Positions 16,921 to 24,706 of a stretch of DNA of 64,000 bases are shown here, in pieces. The stretch lies in the IMG/VR virus record IMGVR_UViG_3300032236_000718, positions 32,001 through 96,000 of that record; one strand, written 5' to 3'. The notes beneath the pieces are model-generated. The model searched no databases, was not told where the DNA came from, and saw only the letters and a list, made by a program, of their open reading frames with translations. The translations under genes and the position numbers were made by a program. Source of the DNA: a virus. Every line of letters starts with the position of its first letter. The first letter of the stretch is position 1.

Positions 16921-17874
16921 ATGGCACACAATATCGAGATGGTCAACGGCAAGGCCCAGATGGCATACGTTGGCGAGACCCCATGGCACGGCCTTGGCAC
17001 ATCAGTCCCTGCAGACTTGACCCCAGCACAGATGCTGGAAGCAGCAGGCCTTGACTGGACTGTCCGCAAGGTTCCTGCCTTCGCTGAGGTTGCAGGCGAG
17101 AAGATCGCCGTGGGCAAGTCTGCCCTGGTACGGTCCTTCGACGACGCCCTCATCGACGTGGTCTCTGACGACTGGAACCCAGTGCAGAACCAGGAAGCGT
17201 TTGAGTTCTTCAACGACTTCGTGGCAGCTGGTGACATGGAGATGCACACTGCTGGATCCTTGCAGGATGGCAAGATCGTGTGGGGCATGGCCAAGATCAA
17301 GGACTCCTTTGAGCTCTTTGGTGGCGACAAGGTCGAGGGGCACCTGCTCTTCAGCAACTTCCACAAGTATGGCTACTCCACCGACGTTCGCTTTACCCCT
17401 ACCCGCGTGGTGTGCAACAACACCTTGGCTGTGGCTCTGGGTGAGGGCACCAACAACTTCTGCAAGATCTCTCACCGCAACAAGTTCGACGGTGACAACG
17501 TGAAGCAGATGCTGGGCATCGCCTCAGACAAGCTTGCCACCTACAAGGAGATGGCTGCTTACCTGGGTGCCAAGCGCTTCAATGACGAGTCGATCGTGGA
17601 GTACTTCACACGGGTGTTCCCTGTGACCTCCTCTGACTCCAAGAAAGAGAAGTCACGCAACGCTGAGTTGGCCATGCACGTCTTGCACGACCAGCCAGGG
17701 GCTAACTACGCAGAGGGTTCATGGTGGCAGGCATTCAACGCCGTCACGTACATGACGGACCACCTGATGGGTCGCAACTCAGACAGCCGCTTGTCGTCTG
17801 CCTGGTACGGCTACAACAAGGGCCTCAAGACAAAGGCCTTAGAGACTGCGATTGAGTTCGCAGAGGCAGCATAA
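16921..17874 (+). CDS. DUF932-family phage/plasmid protein
   Basis: PWHGLG, AGLDWTV, VQNQEAFEFF, TAGSL, TPTRVVCNNTL, GSWWQAFNAVT. Confidence 0.9.
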   Translation: MAHNIEMVNGKAQMAYVGETPWHGLGTSVPADLTPAQMLEAAGLDWTVRKVPAFAEVAGEKIAVGKSALVRSFDDALIDVVSDDWNPVQNQEAFEFFNDFVAAGDMEMHTAGSLQDGKIVWGMAKIKDSFELFGGDKVEGHLLFSNFHKYGYSTDVRFTPTRVVCNNTLAVALGEGTNNFCKISHRNKFDGDNVKQMLGIASDKLATYKEMAAYLGAKRFNDESIVEYFTRVFPVTSSDSKKEKSRNAELAMHVLHDQPGANYAEGSWWQAFNAVTYMTDHLMGRNSDSRLSSAWYGYNKGLKTKALETAIEFAEAA

Positions 17875-18221
17875 TGTTTAAACAGGAGAAGACTATGTCA
17901 CGCAGACAACGCATCATCAGCCACATCAAGCGCAACTACAGCAATGGGCAGGAGTTCCACTCCACCCGAGTGTCCCAGGAGATGGGCATCGACGTCAGCT
18001 TGGTCTCAGCCGTCATTGGCGAGATCCGTGACCAGGGCATGTTGACCATGGTACGGTCAGAGGCCGGACAGGGTGGACGCCGCCTTCGACACGTGTACGT
18101 CATGGCAAACGCCAAGTCGTCATTTGCCAAGAAGGTGTTGCAGACGATCGGCCACAAGACTCTGTCAGACTACTCGGATGAGGACATCTTGGCAGAGATC
18201 CAGCGGCGCATTGCAGCATGA
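17874..18221 (+). CDS. Winged-helix-like DNA-binding protein
   Basis: STRVSQEMGIDVSLVSAVIGEIRDQGML resembles HTH plus wing; start may be 17895. Confidence 0.55.
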   Translation: MFKQEKTMSRRQRIISHIKRNYSNGQEFHSTRVSQEMGIDVSLVSAVIGEIRDQGMLTMVRSEAGQGGRRLRHVYVMANAKSSFAKKVLQTIGHKTLSDYSDEDILAEIQRRIAA

Positions 18222-18400
18222 GGCAGCTGCTAGTACCACGGCTGGAGACCCTTCGTGAGATGTGGTCTTTGGCACTTGACCTATACACGGCTGCGGAGAC
18301 AGTGGAAGCTCCTCCCAAGACTATGCTAGTGTTGAACACCCTGATGGATGACATCGCCGAGATGATTAAGGAGATCGAGAGTGAAGAAGATCATAGTTGA
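18218..18400 (+). CDS. Hypothetical protein
   Basis: ATGA coupled. Confidence 0.55.
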   Translation: MRQLLVPRLETLREMWSLALDLYTAAETVEAPPKTMLVLNTLMDDIAEMIKEIESEEDHS

Positions 18401-18575
18401 GTATATACTAACGCCACTGGTGATGGTAGGCCCCTTCTTGTTGCTGGGGTTCATCATCTACGACTCCTACGAGCAGGAGAAGAGCCTGAGGTTTGCCTGT
18501 GAGACGCTGGGTGGGGTCTATGTCGACCACACGATCTGCATCGAGGGCAAGAACTTATTTGTAGGTGTCAAGTGA
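18381..18575 (+). CDS. Small single-TM membrane protein
   Basis: Hydrophobic N-terminus, two Cys; AAGGAG RBS. Confidence 0.65.
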   Translation: MKKIIVEYILTPLVMVGPFLLLGFIIYDSYEQEKSLRFACETLGGVYVDHTICIEGKNLFVGVK

Positions 18576-19012
18576 GTGTCGTGGTGTTTGACATCGACGG
18601 CACTATCGCCGACAACAGCCACCGCCAGCACCACCTCATGGGTGGCAAGAAGGACTGGAAGAGCTACAACGCCACCATGCTGGATGACGGCAAGATCTTT
18701 GACGTCGCCTTGTTGCTGATGGAGTTGTCCGAGAAGCACCCCATCATTCTCTGTACTGGCCGTGAGGAGGACTACCGTCCTGTCACTTGGACTTGGCTGG
18801 AGAGGAATGGTCTGGACTCGTATGTGCACGACATCTACATGCGACCACACTTGGACTATCGCTCAGATGCTATTGTCAAGGTCGAGCTCCTCAACCGTAT
18901 CAAGGAAGACTATGGTACTCCATTCCTCTGGTTCGATGATCGCCAGAAGGTGGTGGATTCTATTAGGGCACAGGGCATTCGCGTCATGCAGGTAGCCCCT
19001 GGGGACTTCTAA
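18572..19012 (+). CDS. HAD-family phosphatase (PseT/PNKP 3'-phosphatase-like domain)
   Basis: VFDIDGTIAD, CTGR, MRP..DYRSD..VK, FDDR. Confidence 0.88.
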   Translation: MSVVVFDIDGTIADNSHRQHHLMGGKKDWKSYNATMLDDGKIFDVALLLMELSEKHPIILCTGREEDYRPVTWTWLERNGLDSYVHDIYMRPHLDYRSDAIVKVELLNRIKEDYGTPFLWFDDRQKVVDSIRAQGIRVMQVAPGDF

Positions 19013-19028
19013 GCTATACTGAAACGGT

Positions 19029-19092
19029 ATAGCAGCTATGCAGCAGGGTGGGTGTACTTAATGCCCGCCCTGTAATACTATCAGAATATAAG
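19029..19092 (+). promoter_or_regulatory. Operator palindrome plus early promoter TGTACT-N17-TACTAT with AGAATATAAG tail
   Basis: Palindrome 19029-19039, -35 at 19053, -10 at 19076. Confidence 0.7.
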
Positions 19093-19106
19093 CTATGGAG
19101 ATAAAC

Positions 19107-19214
19107 ATGCTAGAGATCGGACCCAACTTAATGGTGGCTATTCAGACACTCTGTGGAGTGCTAGGCGTGTGCGCCTTGTTGTTTTTCATGTACAGACTGG
19201 TGAGTGATAACTGA
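19107..19214 (+). CDS. 35-aa single-TM micro-protein (not in ORF track)
   Basis: MLEIGPNLMVAIQTLCGVLGVCALLFFMYRLVSDN; GGAG RBS; TGATG coupling. Confidence 0.6.
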   Translation: MLEIGPNLMVAIQTLCGVLGVCALLFFMYRLVSDN

Positions 19215-19516
19215 TGACTAAGATCGTATACAACGCGTGCTTCGGCGGCTTTGGGCTGTCAGACAAGGCAGTCGCTCGCTACTGGGAGATCAAGGGATTG
19301 CCAGCGCCTGACAACTTCTCTCGGTTCGATCTGGAGGATGATCGTGCAGACCCCATCTTGGTGCAGGTAGTCGAGGAGCTGGGTCAGGATGCAGGCGATG
19401 CGTTCTCTGACCTGTATATACGCGAGCTCCCTGAGGGGACTCTGTACCGCATCGACGAGTATGACGGCATGGAGACTGTCATGACGCAGGACGAGTACAC
19501 ATGGAAGGTGGCGTGA
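19214..19516 (+). CDS. Conserved phage hypothetical protein
   Basis: KIVYNACFGGFGLS, RADPILVQVVEELG, IDEYDGME. Confidence 0.8.
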   Translation: MTKIVYNACFGGFGLSDKAVARYWEIKGLPAPDNFSRFDLEDDRADPILVQVVEELGQDAGDAFSDLYIRELPEGTLYRIDEYDGMETVMTQDEYTWKVA

Positions 19517-19833
19517 TGGGTGCAAGAGAGGACATACACGAGCTGCGTGCCGTCATAGCTACGCACGACGTGGTCTATGGTGACAGGATCAAAAGACTTG
19601 AAGAAGAGCGCGAGATGTTAATCGAAGCTTTATGGCAAGTACTTGATGATATGGGTTCTGAGGGTAAGTCTGTTTGTGGTGGAACAAAAGCAGAAGCAAG
19701 GTATGCTCTGGGTTATAATATTGATCCAGAATTAGATCATTATCCTCTTGATCGTGCTATTTCTGTTTTGGTTGAAATTGGTGACTATGAATCTGCCGAG
19801 CAAGCTTATGCAAGACTGGAAAGGTTTAAGTGA
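19516..19833 (+). CDS. Hypothetical protein
   Basis: TGATG coupled. Confidence 0.65.
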   Translation: MGAREDIHELRAVIATHDVVYGDRIKRLEEEREMLIEALWQVLDDMGSEGKSVCGGTKAEARYALGYNIDPELDHYPLDRAISVLVEIGDYESAEQAYARLERFK

Positions 19834-20102
19834 TGTTTGATTACTATTACAGCATTAACGAGAAGGTAGAAAACATTGTTTTTGCAGAATGTAAGACAAT
19901 GCCTGAAGTTCAAAAAGATGAGCGTGACTTTGAGTTGATGGCTGAGATAATTGTCGATGAATATGAAATGCACTCAGAGGTGTTCTCTATGCATGAGCCT
20001 GTATTTGTGCATTTTTGGAATGATAAATTCGAATATATCGGTGAGTACATTGTCAATATTCACACGACAAGATTGTATTATGCTAGCAAGGTTAGAAATT
20101 GA
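19830..20102 (+). CDS. Hypothetical protein
   Basis: Coupled ORF in AT-rich patch. Confidence 0.6.
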   Translation: MMFDYYYSINEKVENIVFAECKTMPEVQKDERDFELMAEIIVDEYEMHSEVFSMHEPVFVHFWNDKFEYIGEYIVNIHTTRLYYASKVRN

Positions 20103-20341
20103 TGCACATCGACGGCTTCGTGATTGTTCCTCCTCTCAATCCTTGGGATAAGAATAACAAAGATATTGTACCACACATGTCTTATGATACTTTCGGCTTA
20201 ACAGCAACGGAAGCTTGGGCTAGACATGCTCAGGCGCAACCAAGTGAGGATGACTTCTCACGGAGAGTTCAAGCTTGGCATGACAAAGGATATCGCCTCA
20301 GAGAAGCCACACTAACCATCAAGGAAAGCCCATCAGAATAA
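20099..20341 (+). CDS. Hypothetical protein
   Basis: Coupled ORF ending at next promoter. Confidence 0.6.
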   Translation: MMHIDGFVIVPPLNPWDKNNKDIVPHMSYDTFGLTATEAWARHAQAQPSEDDFSRRVQAWHDKGYRLREATLTIKESPSE

Positions 20342-20344
20342 CTG

Positions 20345-20373
20345 TGTACAAAATTCCCGATAAGGTATACAGT
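20345..20373 (+). promoter_or_regulatory. Early promoter TGTACA-N17-TACAGT
   Basis: TGTACA family. Confidence 0.7.
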
Positions 20374-20398
20374 GGGTCTATGATCAACGGAGGTAAAC

Positions 20399-20857
20399 AT
20401 GCACCCCACAGAGTACGAAGTAAATCGAATACTAATATGGATCTCTAGCCCCCAGGCAGATAAACCGTTTACGCGAGATACCATAATCAACCAGCTGGCG
20501 CCTATCAGCTTTAGACTCGTCGACTATATCCTTAATCGGGAGGTCAAGAGGGGCAGCATCTATAAGAGTGGCCCGACAGGTACGTACTACATGAGAAAGG
20601 ACTCAAACATGATGAGCGATATTGATAAGCGTCTGAGCGATCTAGAGGTCAAGTACAAGTGGCTCGAGGGAGTCGTGGCAAAGATGCACGGGAAGAAGCC
20701 AGAGAAGCAGCGACTGTGGAGTGCCACCGCCCCAATCCCTCGCGAGGTCGAGTATATCGACATCATGTACACTGACGGTCGTGTCGTTGAGAACCACTAC
20801 ATCGGTAAGATGCCTCTCGTGGGAAGTGACGTGCTGGCGTGGCGGGAGGCTAAGTGA
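20399..20857 (+). CDS. Hypothetical protein, possible N-terminal winged helix
   Basis: GGAGGT RBS. Confidence 0.65.
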   Translation: MHPTEYEVNRILIWISSPQADKPFTRDTIINQLAPISFRLVDYILNREVKRGSIYKSGPTGTYYMRKDSNMMSDIDKRLSDLEVKYKWLEGVVAKMHGKKPEKQRLWSATAPIPREVEYIDIMYTDGRVVENHYIGKMPLVGSDVLAWREAK

Positions 20858-21018
20858 TGAATATCAGGGTCTTACACTTCTTGATGACAGTAGTATTCGT
20901 GGTGCTGGGATGCACTCTACTGGGTTACGGAACAAACTGGCAGGTAGGCACAGGCACCTTCTTCATCATATGGGGAGCTGGCGGTCTACTAGAGGTCTTA
21001 TCGAATAAGGTGCAATAA
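20857..21018 (+). CDS. 53-aa two-TM membrane protein (not in ORF track)
   Basis: MNIRVLHFLMTVVFVVLGCTLLGYGTNWQVGTGTFFIIWGAGGLLEVLSNKVQ; GGAGG RBS. Confidence 0.6.
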   Translation: MNIRVLHFLMTVVFVVLGCTLLGYGTNWQVGTGTFFIIWGAGGLLEVLSNKVQ

Positions 21019-21019
21019 C

Positions 21020-21283
21020 ATGGATGAGGAAGTAAAAAAGCTCTGTGACGACCTGTGCACCGAGTGGGTCAAGAGCAATACAAACACCCCTATCCGCATG
21101 TATGAGTACACGCTCTCGGGTCGCGCTGAGAATAAGCTAGCCAGTCTCGGTAATGAAGTAGGTCGCCTACGCCGAGAGGCCGTTGTACTCAAGACAGAGT
21201 CCGAGACCTGGAAGCAGTGCTACCTCGAGCAGGTGAGAGAGAACGTATTGATGCAGGCATCTATCCTTAAAGGAGATAAGTAA
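21020..21283 (+). CDS. Hypothetical coiled-coil protein
   Basis: AAGGTG RBS. Confidence 0.65.
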   Translation: MDEEVKKLCDDLCTEWVKSNTNTPIRMYEYTLSGRAENKLASLGNEVGRLRREAVVLKTESETWKQCYLEQVRENVLMQASILKGDK

Positions 21284-21429
21284 TGAGCAACGATAAGATC
21301 GAGGAGTTTGCCATTCGAGTTGCTCTGGGCAACAACGGCGGCAAGTGGGCTACCCACTACAACGAGGACCAGAAAGAGCACTGGCGTCAGTTCATACGTG
21401 ACCTAATCAAGGAGTTAGACAATGAATAA
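21283..21429 (+). CDS. 48-aa hypothetical protein (not in ORF track)
   Basis: MSNDKIEEFAIRVALGNNGGKWATHYNEDQKEHWRQF...; AAGGAG RBS, TAATG coupling. Confidence 0.6.
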   Translation: MSNDKIEEFAIRVALGNNGGKWATHYNEDQKEHWRQFIRDLIKELDNE

Positions 21430-21841
21430 CCTATCACTAGTGATCTACCTAGCAGAGGTGATACCAAATATCGGTGGCATCTTTCTGTTCACGACGATCT
21501 TTTCTGTAATCGTGACGGTCATATCTGGCATCGTCTATCTAGTAAGTCGAACAGAGGCATATGAGTCTGAGCGTATGGGGCACAAGCACTTCCGCCTACA
21601 GGAGGAAAAGAATGCGGCCTTGGGTGCTAGGATCTTCCGATGGGCAACAGTGGCATTCTGCGTGTCAGTCATTCCAGCCAACATAATTCCCAAGCGCGAC
21701 ACCATCATGATGATCGCTGCGTCCGAGTTTGGCGAGACCGCCCTGAAGAGCGACGACGTTCAGGAGATCGTCAACCCTGCCAAGAAGATCCTCAAGAACT
21801 GGATCAACGACCAGCTCGCCCAGTCGGAGAAGAAGAAATGA
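21422..21841 (+). CDS. Two-TM membrane protein
   Basis: Two hydrophobic stretches; AAGGAG RBS. Confidence 0.75.
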   Translation: MNNLSLVIYLAEVIPNIGGIFLFTTIFSVIVTVISGIVYLVSRTEAYESERMGHKHFRLQEEKNAALGARIFRWATVAFCVSVIPANIIPKRDTIMMIAASEFGETALKSDDVQEIVNPAKKILKNWINDQLAQSEKKK

Positions 21842-22110
21842 TGGTGCACACGACAGACGACGATGACTTATGGTTCAAGAAAAGAAAGCTTGAGGGTAGC
21901 AAGCTTACACTCGAGGTGTCTCAGAGAGTAGTCGAGAAGTTCCAACGGCTCATTGGGTATTTGAGTCCTAATGACTGGCAAGAGCTCGACGCTAAATTGA
22001 TCGACTTCTCCGAGAAGATGGAGTATAAGTACCGCGTGAGCGAGTGGAAGTGCCCTATTAATATGAAGGGATGCAAGAGCAACTGTGGAGACTATGGCTG
22101 TGGCAACTGA
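21838..22110 (+). CDS. Hypothetical protein with Cys-rich C-terminus
   Basis: Start moved to 21838 (ATGA coupling); ends CPINMKGCKSNCGDYGCGN. Confidence 0.6.
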   Translation: MMVHTTDDDDLWFKKRKLEGSKLTLEVSQRVVEKFQRLIGYLSPNDWQELDAKLIDFSEKMEYKYRVSEWKCPINMKGCKSNCGDYGCGN

Positions 22111-22330
22111 TATCCCTGAGGAGTTCAAGATCGTATCTGAGGACGTCGACGCCTACCTTGAACGGCTGAAGAAGATCCTATCACTAGAGCAGCGTAACGG
22201 CAGGTACCGTGACTTCGTCATGTCCTTCGCCAACGAGCCCATGGAGATGAGCTTCGAGAAAGTTCCTGTACAGTACGACTACTGGAGGAGAATGGCTCGT
22301 CAACTATTAAATGAGTTGGAAGATGAATAA
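22094..22330 (+). CDS. Hypothetical protein
   Basis: GGAG RBS before MAVATD. Confidence 0.6.
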   Translation: MAVATDIPEEFKIVSEDVDAYLERLKKILSLEQRNGRYRDFVMSFANEPMEMSFEKVPVQYDYWRRMARQLLNELEDE

Positions 22331-22334
22331 GATG

Positions 22335-22362
22335 TGTACAAAACCACAGATCTGTGTATAAT
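22335..22362 (+). promoter_or_regulatory. Early promoter TGTACA-N16-TATAAT
   Basis: TGTACA family. Confidence 0.7.
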
Positions 22363-22394
22363 AGATATATCAAACAGCAAACAGTGAGTACATC

Positions 22395-22655
22395 ATGAAC
22401 AAGCGTAAACTAGTGACAAACAGAGAGGACTACAATATGGAAGACTATGACAACTACCACGTAGACTGCAGCTTCAGCTTCAACCAGACTGGGCACCACG
22501 ACGAGCGTTTCCCTGACACCAACATGATTATGACCTTTGACGCCACAGACGCTACTATCGACACGATGTGCCGCCAGTTCGAGACCCTTCTCAGGGCAAT
22601 GGGTTATGTCTTTGACGGTCGCCACCTCGCAATGGTCGACGGAGACCCGATGTGA
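22395..22655 (+). CDS. Hypothetical protein
   Basis: Downstream of promoter; start could be 22437. Confidence 0.65.
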   Translation: MNKRKLVTNREDYNMEDYDNYHVDCSFSFNQTGHHDERFPDTNMIMTFDATDATIDTMCRQFETLLRAMGYVFDGRHLAMVDGDPM

Positions 22656-22915
22656 GACTCGCAGAGCGAATGCTAGAGATGAGCCGCGGCATCGACCTAG
22701 ACCTTCGGGAGCTAGCTCGAGCCGCCTACTACATCGATCAGCTAGAGGCTAAGGTCGCGCAGCTGACAGCCGAGCTGGACAGCTATACTGTAAAGGATGT
22801 TACAGAAGAGGTCATGGACGTGGCCTACTACGATAACCTTCTCAAGCCTGTAATTACAGACGATGAGGAGAGACTCGCTAAGGCCAAGGAGTATGCTGAG
22901 AAGGGAATAGGATAA
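22652..22915 (+). CDS. Hypothetical coiled-coil protein
   Basis: GTGA coupled, GGAG RBS. Confidence 0.65.
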   Translation: MRLAERMLEMSRGIDLDLRELARAAYYIDQLEAKVAQLTAELDSYTVKDVTEEVMDVAYYDNLLKPVITDDEERLAKAKEYAEKGIG

Positions 22916-23205
22916 TGAACCGTCGTAGTCTATTTGGTGCTATTGCACTATCACCGCTCATGGTGGCTACCTCCTTTGCTAAGGAAGAGGTAACTGGTCA
23001 ACCGCTGAGTGAGTCTGTCAACCTCACACTACTCGCCGCTAAGAAGCCTGACGGTGAGATGATGCGACTCAGTAACGGACCACTTGTATCTTTTAATATG
23101 CCTCAAACTGATCCGGACAAAGCTGTATCTATGGCGGTAGGAGACGACGGTAACCTCTGGCTAAAGCGTAAAGACGGCCAGTGGAAGAGAGTAGCCACCG
23201 AGTAA
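22915..23205 (+). CDS. Putative exported protein with twin-arginine-like signal peptide
   Basis: MNRRSLFGAIALSPLMVATSFA. Confidence 0.65.
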   Translation: MNRRSLFGAIALSPLMVATSFAKEEVTGQPLSESVNLTLLAAKKPDGEMMRLSNGPLVSFNMPQTDPDKAVSMAVGDDGNLWLKRKDGQWKRVATE

Positions 23206-23226
23206 TAAATATCCCCGAAAGGGGAT
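23204..23226 (+). promoter_or_regulatory. Late-promoter variant AATAAATA overlapping RBS-occluding GAAA hairpin
   Basis: ATCCCC-GAAA-GGGGAT ends 4 nt before ATG 23231. Confidence 0.55.
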
Positions 23227-23230
23227 TATC

Positions 23231-23464
23231 ATGCCTGTCACCTGCGACTACCTCGCAGTGCAGTGGGATAATACAACATGGGTACGGCACGAGATGTGCC
23301 AATTCGCCAAGAGACAAGACGGCGTTGACGGTGTCTATATAGGTGCACGCTTAGAGTTTAGACCTATACTGTCAATGGACCAGGGCAAGTGCGTGGACAT
23401 GGACAAGCAGACCCATGCTCGTTACAAGATAGGTGACGTGGAGTGGGTTTGCGTAGTTAGGTAA
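23231..23464 (+). CDS. Hypothetical protein
   Basis: AAGGGG RBS. Confidence 0.6.
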   Translation: MPVTCDYLAVQWDNTTWVRHEMCQFAKRQDGVDGVYIGARLEFRPILSMDQGKCVDMDKQTHARYKIGDVEWVCVVR

Positions 23465-23473
23465 GGTATATTA

Positions 23474-24643
23474 ATGGCGCTATACATAGACCCAGATAGG
23501 GTAAGAGAGATCTCCAAGAAACTAAAGACCGGTAAAGTGTACTCTATACAGTCGACCGATGTTGTAGAACACGCCTCCGCATATGCTGCATATAGGGAAG
23601 TCGGAGGACGCGTAATGGTATTGCCTCCACATCTTACGAACGAGTACAAACAATTTGTTCAGGAATATGTCGATGACGAGTCGCAGTACGGGACTAGTGG
23701 TGTTATCGTCATGACTTCCGGTACGACTGGAAACCCCAAGATAGTAATACACAACCTAGATTCTTTTCAAAGTTGTGATATCATGATCTCGGAGTGGGGA
23801 ATAGATGAGCACACTAATGTAATAGCTACTCCTCCACCATTCACCTCTTTTTTCTGGGCCTTAATGCATGCATCATACAACTTAAACGGTTGCTCTAGAG
23901 CTATTCACGCTACTAGAGATACATTAGTAGACATTGTTGAGGAGTCTAGAGGTAGTAAATTCATCATGTTAGCCTCTCCAGGATTATTAGACTTACTAGA
24001 GGCGTCTTCTACTCACATTGACTTCTCTGGTATGGAGAGGATGATGATGGGTGGAAGTAAGATGCTAGATAGACATGTAGACATTGCTTTTAGCAGAGGT
24101 GTCAACAAGATCGTATATCAATATGCTAGCACAGAGATTATTGGTGGCCTGTACAGCTATATCCATAAAGATACTCCCAGAGAGCACTATGAGACTCTGA
24201 GTGAATCCTCAATGGGTAAGACAATACGTATAGTAGATGGTCTTCTCATGGTAAAGGGTATTGGACTAGCCAAAAATCTTCATCTTGACGATCAGGGATA
24301 CTATAACACTGGAGATATGTTTAATGTCGAGAGTGATGGTCGATATAGGTTCTTGGGCCGTGTCGACGACATGATAAAGCTAAATGGACTAAAGTGCTTC
24401 CTTACTAAGATTGAGGAGGAGTGTGAGAGGATTGGTCTTATAAACACTCTCGCAGTACCGAGACAGAGGATGGGCGTAGAATATATAGAATTACAATATA
24501 CAGACTCTACTAGGACTATCGATATCCTCTCTCTAAAGAGGGAGTTAAAGGACCTGTTATTAGACCAAGAGATACCTCGAGCCTACACTAAGGTCGACAG
24601 CATTAAAAAGACTCCTCTCGGTAAGAAGATTAGGAGACTTTAA
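23474..24643 (+). CDS. Adenylate-forming (ANL superfamily, acyl-CoA synthetase-like) enzyme
   Basis: MTSGTTGNPK P-loop, YASTE, TGD, GRVDDMIKLNG, KTPLGKK. Confidence 0.88.
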   Translation: MALYIDPDRVREISKKLKTGKVYSIQSTDVVEHASAYAAYREVGGRVMVLPPHLTNEYKQFVQEYVDDESQYGTSGVIVMTSGTTGNPKIVIHNLDSFQSCDIMISEWGIDEHTNVIATPPPFTSFFWALMHASYNLNGCSRAIHATRDTLVDIVEESRGSKFIMLASPGLLDLLEASSTHIDFSGMERMMMGGSKMLDRHVDIAFSRGVNKIVYQYASTEIIGGLYSYIHKDTPREHYETLSESSMGKTIRIVDGLLMVKGIGLAKNLHLDDQGYYNTGDMFNVESDGRYRFLGRVDDMIKLNGLKCFLTKIEEECERIGLINTLAVPRQRMGVEYIELQYTDSTRTIDILSLKRELKDLLLDQEIPRAYTKVDSIKKTPLGKKIRRL

Positions 24644-24651
24644 AATAGTTG

Positions 24652-24680
24652 TGTACAAAATCCCCATCTTGGTATAATAT
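24652..24680 (+). promoter_or_regulatory. Early promoter TGTACA-N17-TAATAT
   Basis: AAAATAGTTGTGTACA UP/-35 shared with cassette promoters. Confidence 0.7.
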
Positions 24681-24706
24681 CAAAATATAACCAAGGAGAC
24701 ACACAC

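Noticed and set aside
16893-17503. Long overlapping ORFs (16893-17366, 17002-17475, 17051-17503)
   Set aside because: Shadow frames of the GC-rich DUF932 gene; no RBS or recognisable motifs
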